32,000 nucleotides of DNA, from assembly GCA_036787775.1 (NCBI GenBank), contig DAIQOR010000005.1:12289-44288 (forward strand). Reading direction: 5' to 3'. This document shows, piece after piece, positions 22,997-30,640 of the stretch. The position numbers were made by a program, and so were the translations under genes. Source of the stretch: a bacterium (GTDB lineage Archaea > Nanobdellota > Nanobdellia > Pacearchaeales > GW2011-AR1). Position 1 is the stretch's first letter. Every line of letters starts with the position of its first letter. The notes below the pieces were generated by a model that had not been told where the DNA came from, made no database searches, and saw only the letters and a program-made list of their open reading frames with translations.

Positions 22997-23202
22997 GCTT
23001 CATCCTCTTTATCATTAAGCCACAATTTTGCAAAAGATTTTTCAGAAAGAATCGCACTCTCCGGCAAAGACCTCTTCAAAACAATTTCATCATCTCGCTT
23101 AAGAATTATTAATTTATCTCCTTCTTTTATTCCCTGCCTCATCGCCAAAGGAATAACCACTTGTCCTCGAGAACTCATTTTTGTAACATCAATATCAACC
23201 AT
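22981..23202 (-). CDS. mazE: AbrB/MazE/SpoVT-type antitoxin
   Basis: 73 aa. SSRGQVVIPLAMRQGIKEGDKLIILKRDDEIVLK is the swapped-hairpin AbrB motif. Confidence 0.8.
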   Translation of the reverse strand: MVDIDVTKMSSRGQVVIPLAMRQGIKEGDKLIILKRDDEIVLKRSLPESAILSEKSFAKLWLNDKEDEAWRDL

Positions 23203-23241
23203 CTAAAATAAGATTCATCTTACTTTTTATATGTTTCTATC

Positions 23242-24186
23242 TTACTTTTGCAACTTCGCAATCAACTCATCCAAATTAATTTCCGAAGCATCTTCTAAAA
23301 TAAACTCATTATTATTAAAATAAGAATTTTTCCTAACATTCCCTGTAAAATTCATTTCTTTTCCTAATAAATTTTCCCTCTGTTGAGTCATCCGAGTAAT
23401 ATCTTCCAACTCAGTAAGTCCAATTTTTTTAAGAGCATCATGAAATAAAACCGTTCTCATAGTCTCGGTCCCGTCATCAATAACAACATTCATCAACGCC
23501 CTCTTCTCCGGCATAACAACCCCATGTTCCGCACATTTAAACGCGCTCCCTTCAGGAACTGCTTTCTTTTTACATTTGGAACACACATAAAAAAATCTCG
23601 GCTCAAAAGTCTGAACAATAAAAGCCCTCACCTTAACATTATCTGCCAAAGCAAAATCAATAATATTTTTCTCGCTCGTTATTTTATCCAATTGAACATT
23701 TGCAAAAACTTCCTCGCTTAATTTCAATTCCGAAAAACTCCCAAGATGAACTTCGTTATCTCTCATGCTCCCATTAACAATTTCTATAACTGTCCCCTCT
23801 AAAATTTTATTTTTCTCAATCAACTCGATATGATTCGTGTCCCAAAGCACAACTTTTATATTCGCTGTATCGTCCGCCAAAAACAAATTCGCAACTTTTC
23901 CCGCATCGCCCTTTTTCGTAACAAACGTTCTAATCGGAAAAATATTTATCACTTTTCCCGAAGTATTCACCTTTCTCATCCCCGGAAGCAATTCATTAAT
24001 CTTCAATTTCTCATTATCAAAATTAATCCCCAACTCCGCAGCAATAATTTGCATCGCCCCGTCCTTAGTCACCAAACCCGAAAGCTTCGCCTGCTTCGCC
24101 TCAACCCGCCGATGAACCTCCTCAGTTGACAACCCCGACGCACTCGCCACCTTTTCCAAAATCTTATCATAATTTCCCATAGCCAT
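23242..24186 (-). CDS. replication protein A (single-stranded DNA-binding, OB folds plus zinc ribbon)
   Basis: OB-fold segments (VINIFPIRTFVTKKGDAGKVANLFLADDTANIKVVLWD) and a zinc ribbon (YVCSKCKKKAVPEGSAFKCAEHG). The start is probably MAMGNY (24186) or MGNY (24180) rather than the track start at 24201, because a TATA-like atttttaa lies at about 24207-24214. Confidence 0.75.
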   Translation of the reverse strand: MAMGNYDKILEKVASASGLSTEEVHRRVEAKQAKLSGLVTKDGAMQIIAAELGINFDNEKLKINELLPGMRKVNTSGKVINIFPIRTFVTKKGDAGKVANLFLADDTANIKVVLWDTNHIELIEKNKILEGTVIEIVNGSMRDNEVHLGSFSELKLSEEVFANVQLDKITSEKNIIDFALADNVKVRAFIVQTFEPRFFYVCSKCKKKAVPEGSAFKCAEHGVVMPEKRALMNVVIDDGTETMRTVLFHDALKKIGLTELEDITRMTQQRENLLGKEMNFTGNVRKNSYFNNNEFILEDASEINLDELIAKLQK

Positions 24187-24242
24187 AACAAAAAAAGACA
24201 AGTCACATTTTTAAGTATTATGTTGATTGAGTAATAAGAATA

Positions 24243-24250
24243 TTTATAAA
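24243..24250 (+). promoter_or_regulatory. aEF-1beta TATA box
   Basis: tttataaa centred 25-26 nt upstream of the ATG at 24272. Confidence 0.55.
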
Positions 24251-24271
24251 ACCTAATTTACCTAATAAATT

Positions 24272-24541
24272 ATGGGAACAGTCCTAATAAAAATAAAACT
24301 CATGCCAACTTCCACAGATGTAAATCTTGAAGAAATAAAAAAGAACGCGAGAAAAGTCGTGGAAAAGGGTGAAGGAAGAAACATCAACTTTGAAGAAGAA
24401 GCAATCGCTTTCGGGCTAAAAGCTGTTATCGTGGGTTTCGCACTTGACGAATCTAAAGAACTTGAACCGATTGAAAACAAATTAGGGGAAGTCAAAAATG
24501 TTAACTCTGCACAAATAACGGACATGCGACGAGCTTTTTAA
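24272..24541 (+). CDS. ef1b: translation elongation factor aEF-1 beta
   Basis: 89 aa. VLIKIKLMPTSTDVNLEEIK ... EEEAIAFGLKAVIVGFALDE ... VKNVNSAQITDMRR matches the archaeal EF-1beta pattern. Confidence 0.85.
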   Translation: MGTVLIKIKLMPTSTDVNLEEIKKNARKVVEKGEGRNINFEEEAIAFGLKAVIVGFALDESKELEPIENKLGEVKNVNSAQITDMRRAF

Positions 24542-24616
24542 AATATATTTTAGATTTATTTATTGATGTTATCACAAATATATTTTTTAAACTAAAAAAT
24601 AAAAAAAGAAATCAAA

Positions 24617-27600
24617 TTACAATTCAACATTCTCAAACAAACTTCCCTTCAAACACAAATCACCATCAAAATCAATATAACTCATGTTTGTGAAAGTTGA
24701 ATCTTGAATAATAAAAGCATCTCTTGAAGGATTACACGTCGCTGATTGATCTGAACAATCTCCAGTCACCAAACATAAATCTCCTGTAGAATTAATAAAA
24801 GCTACATTATTGTTTGTTGAATTTCTTATAATAAAACTATCTGCCCCAGGAGAATTACAAGTTCCTCCCGAAAAACAACTTCCTGCTAAAACAATATTTC
24901 CTTCATCTCCAAACCATGCGACAATTTCTCCTAAAGAATTTTTATGAGTGAATTTGTATGTATCGGGTAAAACAAAATTACATGCTAAATCACAATTTCC
25001 AGTTCCCGCAACGATGCCCTCACATCTTGAATCTGCAGTACATCCAGAATCAAATGTACTATTTCTACAAACATTATCTCTATCTTCCCCTCCAGCTACG
25101 GAAGTGCATTTATCTGCAAAATAAGGTTCTCCAGAAAAACAAGTTGTTATATTATCTCCTGTTGTTTTTCCATCACACAAAAATTCGTCACAAGAACAAC
25201 CTGCCTCAGCACATTCAAATACAGAAGTAATATCTTGATAAGAACATGTAGAACTACATTCATCTTCGTAGTAAGAAGTGCCTGAACATAAATTAAGGTC
25301 ATCTCCAGTCTGTCTTTCGTCACAATTTACATGACCCGAACCAATTGAGTATTCACAATAGCTTGTCTCTTGCCCATCAAAATAAGTATTGTAAGGAGTA
25401 AAACACCAACCATCATCTCCCAACCCAACTCCATCATCATCACAATATCCCGAACTACATTGAGAATCACTTATACATGATTGACCATTTGATTTATCAC
25501 TAACACAATCCCAATTTGACCAACTACTACTTTTATCACAATACTGATTCGCAGAACAATCACCATCATCAAAACAATTTAAGACATAAATGGAATTACC
25601 TACCCCATAATTAGGACTAAAAGGATACCACCATATCCAACAAGCCTGTTCAAGGGTATCATCATAACCAAGAATCTCATTGCGATAAGCTGTTCCAGGT
25701 GCAGTAATAGTAACCATCGTATCCTCATCATTTATTTCGTCACAATCACACCCTCCATACTCACAATCATAATCACCATCGCAATCATAATACATCTGCT
25801 GAGCATCAACATCTTTCCACCCTATTTTATATTCATCTATAACATAAGGGTCCCAAGCATCATTTACAGCACCCCATTCAATATCATTAACATTCTCATA
25901 TAAATTTTGAGCGATACTTACATCACAATCTTCATAAGAAGATTCTATACAAAACTCATATCCAGATTCTTCACAATCTTCAACTGGTGCTTCTTCCTCT
26001 TCACAATCCTCATCATAAACACACTGGCTTTCAGTTGCACATACATCGGGAGTACAATCTCTCGTCCATTGCTTTTGACTAGCACTACAACTTCCTCCTC
26101 CACATGAACCTTCTGACCAGCTACTGCAACTACAACTTGTAACATCAACCCATATTGGATTTGTATATGCTCTTCTTCCAGTATCAGTGTAAACTTCAAG
26201 TCTAATATAATCATCACTTGTATCTAAATCTATATCAAAAGAGCCAGAATAAGTGTCATCAGATACAGGGATATAATCATAGAATTGATCATTTAGATAA
26301 ATATAGATATAAGTTATATCACCAAATTCTCCATTACTTGACGCACTGATATCTAAGGTGTTAATTCCTGACATTGCATCAACCACACTTCCAATTATGT
26401 TCCCATCAAGGGTGAATTGCACAAATGGACCTGTAGATGCAATGCAGTGTCCATCTTTATAAGATTCTCTTATCGCACTTGTTGTAAGAGTTTCAGAATC
26501 TAAATAACAATAAGTGAAGGTATGTCCTACCTCGCTAATTTGGTGTGCATCACTTCCTGCTATGCCGACTATAAAACCATTATCGGGATTTGTCTCAGCA
26601 ATAAGTAAATCTTCCCATTGATTAATTGTTTCTTGGTCACCCCCTTCAAAAATCCCATCTTTAGCATTAATAAGTTCCAACCCAGAATATCCTGTAACTG
26701 ACCAGTCTTCCCAATTTAAATAATAAGGGAATCCATCATAGGGATGGGCAATAAAACCAATGCCTCCTGCATTCTCCACCTCATCTATTACATCTTGTGC
26801 ATCACGACAACCACTATTCCAAAACGTACAAGTTCCGTCAATATAACCCAAATTATCATCTGAAGAAGGATGAGTTAAATAATGGGCAGCATCGTTGATT
26901 CCAGGAGCATCAACAGCCATTTCCTGACCATACAAACATTTGAATGATGAAGTGCTGTTTCCAACACATGAATTATATCCTCCATTCCATTCTTCACTAT
27001 CGAGATAGTTGCTATGGTCTGTAAAAATAACCCAATCTAATCCCTCACTAATACTCTCATCAATCATCTCTGATAATGGAACAGATCCATCATAAGCTAT
27101 ATCTGTATGCATATGCTGGTCACCCACGTACCACCCAGGAGAATTGTGTGGGGGCGTTGGTAAAGGCTCTGAAATAAGGATTGTATGATTTATTTCAACG
27201 ATATATTTTTTATGATTATAATAAATTTTAAGTTCTAAAGGAATTATAACTATGTCCCCCACATTTAAGGAATCACTAAAATCATTTATATTCAAATAAA
27301 AAGCTTTTGAAAAACTTTTGAATCTAACTTCGTTTCTTAATCTTTTTAGCTCTAATTTATTTTCTAAAGAGCTCAATTTTAAACTATCTAAGCGATCTAT
27401 TTGCTCTTTAACAGGAAGAATATTTTTATTTATTGTAAATTCTCTTATCTTTTCTTTTTTGGGAGAGATAATTTTTATTTTTTCAATAGAAGCGTTGTCT
27501 TTCCCTAAATTCGTTATTGTAGGTTTTATAATAAAAATATCTCCAGAACGTAGAGCACTTGAACCATCAAGAGTTATATTTAGAAATGAAATTTCCTCTT

Positions 27601-27676
27601 CTGAGTTTTGTGCATAGGTAAGAGGGACAAGTAATATTAAAAATATCAAAATTAATAAAAAATTAGTTTTTATCAT
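24617..27676 (-). CDS. large secreted protein: signal peptide, Ig/CARDB-like domain, PHP (CehA/McbA-like) phosphoesterase domain, beta-rich domain, and a ~500-aa Cys-rich region with a triple C-terminal repeat
   Basis: 1019 aa. Signal peptide: FLLILIFLILLVPLTYA/QN. PHP metal-ligand motifs: WYVGDQHMHT, DWVIFTDHS, GFIAHP and GSDAH. About 46 Cys (hand count) lie after residue ~515. The C-terminus repeats the motif (V/S)(A/Y)(W/F/I)(F/I)(G/N/D)xxG(N/D)(I/L)(V/C)L three times. Confidence 0.7.
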   Translation of the reverse strand: MIKTNFLLILIFLILLVPLTYAQNSEEEISFLNITLDGSSALRSGDIFIIKPTITNLGKDNASIEKIKIISPKKEKIREFTINKNILPVKEQIDRLDSLKLSSLENKLELKRLRNEVRFKSFSKAFYLNINDFSDSLNVGDIVIIPLELKIYYNHKKYIVEINHTILISEPLPTPPHNSPGWYVGDQHMHTDIAYDGSVPLSEMIDESISEGLDWVIFTDHSNYLDSEEWNGGYNSCVGNSTSSFKCLYGQEMAVDAPGINDAAHYLTHPSSDDNLGYIDGTCTFWNSGCRDAQDVIDEVENAGGIGFIAHPYDGFPYYLNWEDWSVTGYSGLELINAKDGIFEGGDQETINQWEDLLIAETNPDNGFIVGIAGSDAHQISEVGHTFTYCYLDSETLTTSAIRESYKDGHCIASTGPFVQFTLDGNIIGSVVDAMSGINTLDISASSNGEFGDITYIYIYLNDQFYDYIPVSDDTYSGSFDIDLDTSDDYIRLEVYTDTGRRAYTNPIWVDVTSCSCSSWSEGSCGGGSCSASQKQWTRDCTPDVCATESQCVYDEDCEEEEAPVEDCEESGYEFCIESSYEDCDVSIAQNLYENVNDIEWGAVNDAWDPYVIDEYKIGWKDVDAQQMYYDCDGDYDCEYGGCDCDEINDEDTMVTITAPGTAYRNEILGYDDTLEQACWIWWYPFSPNYGVGNSIYVLNCFDDGDCSANQYCDKSSSWSNWDCVSDKSNGQSCISDSQCSSGYCDDDGVGLGDDGWCFTPYNTYFDGQETSYCEYSIGSGHVNCDERQTGDDLNLCSGTSYYEDECSSTCSYQDITSVFECAEAGCSCDEFLCDGKTTGDNITTCFSGEPYFADKCTSVAGGEDRDNVCRNSTFDSGCTADSRCEGIVAGTGNCDLACNFVLPDTYKFTHKNSLGEIVAWFGDEGNIVLAGSCFSGGTCNSPGADSFIIRNSTNNNVAFINSTGDLCLVTGDCSDQSATCNPSRDAFIIQDSTFTNMSYIDFDGDLCLKGSLFENVEL

Positions 27677-27950
27677 CTTTCCGACACCTCTTTATAAAAA
27701 ATCCAATTTTCCCTCCAATGATAGAACTAAATAAAACAGAGAGTATCACAATTGTCATAGATCTCATTATCAACGTGGAAGATTTACAACTATCAATACA
27801 ACTAAGCCCCATAAAATAAGAAGAAGAAAAAATTTTGCCAATAAACCATATAAGATAAGGCACAACAAAGAATAAAGGATAAAATAGTATTAAACCAATA
27901 AATCCTCCAACAAAAATCCCTATCCAAGATGAACTTCGTCTTTTTCCCAT
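27663..27950 (-). CDS. small polytopic membrane protein (about 3 TM segments)
   Basis: 95 aa, hydrophobic, with basic termini. It overlaps the start of the 1019-aa gene by 14 nt. Confidence 0.5.
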   Translation of the reverse strand: MGKRRSSSWIGIFVGGFIGLILFYPLFFVVPYLIWFIGKIFSSSYFMGLSCIDSCKSSTLIMRSMTIVILSVLFSSIIGGKIGFFIKRCRKDDKN

Positions 27951-27977
27951 TTTATATTTTTATTAACAATTCTTTAT

Positions 27978-29248
27978 TTATAAAATCTCCGAATGATTCT
28001 CTCCCGATGCTTCAGTATAATGTGCATCACTTCCAGCTGTTCCTCGAATAAAACCATCAGAAGGATTTGTTTCTTCCTCTAAAAATTCAACCCAAGAATC
28101 AGTAACTCCTCCCGGGTTATTTATTGCAAGCGCATCATCTCCACTAAATCCCCCATTAATAATTTCTAATCCCGTAAAACCAGTAAGTGACCAGTTCCAA
28201 TCAAACATATCATTATGAGGATGTGCAACAAATCCTATTCCACCCGCATTAGTTATTTCATTTATAACTACCTGCTCATCATCACGACACTCACATTGAA
28301 ACCATCCACAATATCCATCAACATATCCAAGATCATCATCATCATCAGAACTTGGATGAGCTAAATAATGACGATTTTCCAAAGTATCACACACCAAGGA
28401 ACCTCGCCGATAGACATCTCCTGACCATATAAACATTTGAAAGAACTTGTAGACTCTGAATCACAAGCATCACGCCCATCTTCCCATTCAGATGCTTCTG
28501 AAAAAGCAACACTATGATCTGTAAAAATTATCCAATCCATCTCAGACGCTTTCGCAGCATCCACCATATCATCAAGAGGATCTGGAGTTTCGGCAAGAGT
28601 AGAACCAAACTCACTATGAACATGCTGATCTCCAACATACCAACCAGGAGAATTATGTGGAGGCTTTGGTAACGATTCAGAAAACAAAACCGCCCTTTCT
28701 CTACGAACAACATATTTCTCACCATCAATCTTAAACTCAATGTCAATTGAAATATTAATTAATTCTCCAATCTCCAAAGTATCATCAAAATCTCTTATGT
28801 CTAATCTAAAACTTTTTTTAAAAGTTTCATTTTTAATTTCAGAAATAATTTTTATATATTCTTGATATTCTGGCTGTTCTTCAGTTAATCCAGGAATTTC
28901 ACAAAATTCTGGTTTCTGTAAATAATCTCTTATTTCTTCCTCTCGTTTAAGAATTTTCTTCAAAGATTTAATTTCTTTATTAATATCCTCTGCCTTAATT
29001 ATTTTTTTACCATCGTTTAATATTGTTACTTTTTTAATATCCAGTGTTAAATTTTCATTTAAATTTCTAATTGTTATCGAAGCTGGAAAAATATTCCCTG
29101 TTCTAATTACCGACGAACTATGAAACTCTACAAAGATATCAATATCTTCGCTTGGTTTTGATGCGGAGATCGTGGAAATGTTCAAAACTATAACTAAAAC
29201 AAGAATTGCTATTAAAAAATTTGTGCACTTTCTTTTATTGATTTTCAT
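27978..29248 (-). pseudogene. frameshifted, shorter paralogue of the secreted PHP protein
   Basis: Track ORFs 28361..29248 and 27978..28436 overlap in different frames. Together they align with residues ~1-400 of the 1019-aa protein (PPHNSPGWYVGDQHVHS, DWIIFTDHS, FKCLYGQEMS | HYLAHPSSDD, GGIGFVAHP, GSDAH). The frame change is near 28400 (...GQEMSIGE / GSLVCDTLENRHYLAHP). Confidence 0.65.
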
Positions 29249-29255
29249 TTTAAGT

Positions 29256-29690
29256 TTATTTTTTATTTTTATAATATCCTATTAAAAATAAAATTATTGA
29301 AAGAAAAAAGATTAATCCAAACATAATGATAAAAAAGAAAACTACTACAATTAGTCTGAAATCTCCACCAGTAACTCGTACATAGTAAGAAAAGATTGTA
29401 TAGAAAATTATCAATCCTAATAAAACAAAAGTATTTAACAAAAAAGATATTAAAAACCAATTGTTCTTTAATTTACATATGCGAAAGGATTTAATATGGA
29501 GAACAAATACATATAATAAAAATAAAAAAACTATTAAAGCAACAAATAACATTCCTAAAGAAGTCCTTCCATATTGATCAGTAAAAAAATCAAAAATGAT
29601 TTTTGTAGTTAAATATCCAAAAAAGATTAATGAAATAAAAATCATAGTAGTATCAATAATATGAATAAGTTTACTTTTTTCCATTTTCAC
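29256..29690 (-). CDS. polytopic membrane protein (about 4-5 TM segments)
   Basis: 144 aa, strongly hydrophobic. It lies immediately upstream of the PHP paralogue, with a 7-nt gap. Confidence 0.55.
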   Translation of the reverse strand: MKMEKSKLIHIIDTTMIFISLIFFGYLTTKIIFDFFTDQYGRTSLGMLFVALIVFLFLLYVFVLHIKSFRICKLKNNWFLISFLLNTFVLLGLIIFYTIFSYYVRVTGGDFRLIVVVFFFIIMFGLIFFLSIILFLIGYYKNKK

Positions 29691-29726
29691 CTTTTTTTCT
29701 TCCCATCATTATTTTTAAAATATTTT

Positions 29727-30548
29727 TTAATCAAATAATTCCTTAAAAAAATTAATTAACCTTTCTAAAAAAATTAATTTCTCTTTGGATTCTTGCGAAA
29801 GAATAACTACCGAATCCGATTTTATTATTTGATTTTCGCTTACACTTTCTTCAATAATATCCTCGCAACGTGAAAATTTTCCAGGGTTGTCTTCATCACA
29901 TCCATCAAGATCATTTCCATGCCCTTTATCGTCTTTTTCAACATCTTCTTCAACTACCTCAATAGTCTCTTCAATTTGATTTTGAGATTCTTCATCCTCA
30001 AGAACTTCTTCACTTACTACATTTCCACTAATAGAATTTTGTTCAGTATTTCCATCAACAATAATTGTCTCATAATTTGAAACACTTGAAATTGCCAAAT
30101 CTTTATTACTTATTTTTTTGATAGAAAAATCTGCAGACCTAACAGTTCCATATCTTCCTCCTTTAATTATCTCATCCAATTCAATAATTATATCTTTTGC
30201 ATTATCCCCATTTAGATCTATTCTCCCAGATTCTTTAAGATTTAATCTAAATATGTCTTCAATAATCTCATATGCTGTTATATCTTCTAAATTATTTTCA
30301 TCTAAATTCATAACAACAAAATCTACATACCCCTCTTTCACTCTTCTTAATTGTATTGCATACCATTGTTTTTCAAATTCAAATTTCAATCTTCCTGGAG
30401 TCATATCATAAGTATTTCCTTGTTCAGTCAAACTTATGGTTGAAATGGGTATTGTCGCCCCTCCTCCAGAGCTCGCATCAATAATATTTAACATTCCGAT
30501 TATAAAAAATAAAACTCCAAATACCAAAAATTTATTTCGATTTCCCAT
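29727..30548 (-). CDS. secreted protein with an acidic C-terminal half
   Basis: 273 aa. Signal peptide: FLVFGVLFFIIGMLNIIDA/SS. The central module resembles the membrane-proximal module of the 17201..18820 surface protein, followed by a Glu/Asp-rich region. Confidence 0.5.
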   Translation of the reverse strand: MGNRNKFLVFGVLFFIIGMLNIIDASSGGGATIPISTISLTEQGNTYDMTPGRLKFEFEKQWYAIQLRRVKEGYVDFVVMNLDENNLEDITAYEIIEDIFRLNLKESGRIDLNGDNAKDIIIELDEIIKGGRYGTVRSADFSIKKISNKDLAISSVSNYETIIVDGNTEQNSISGNVVSEEVLEDEESQNQIEETIEVVEEDVEKDDKGHGNDLDGCDEDNPGKFSRCEDIIEESVSENQIIKSDSVVILSQESKEKLIFLERLINFFKELFD

Positions 30549-30567
30549 ATTTTATTCAACAAAACAC

Positions 30568-30618
30568 TATTTAAAAGAGTTCCTATAATTCAAAACAAAA
30601 AACCAACAAATTTATAAA
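30568..30618. promoter_or_regulatory. divergent promoter pair
   Basis: tatttaaaa (about 30568-30576) lies about 24 nt from the minus-strand ATG at 30548. tttataaa (30611-30618) lies about 26 nt upstream of the plus-strand ATG at 30641. Confidence 0.5.
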
Positions 30619-30640
30619 ACTCTTTTTCTTAATTAACTCA

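Noticed and set aside
23524-24525. ORFs 23524..23721(+), 23830..24129(+), 23837..24115(+) and 24262..24525(-).
   Set aside because: They are antisense to RPA or to aEF-1beta, both of which have recognisable family patterns.
24958-28746. Short ORFs nested in the PHP genes: 24958..25230, 25907..26107, 25945..26217, 27318..27617 and 28528..28746.
   Set aside because: They are alternative-frame or antisense ORFs inside long ORFs that are mutually homologous paralogues, and they have no independent support.
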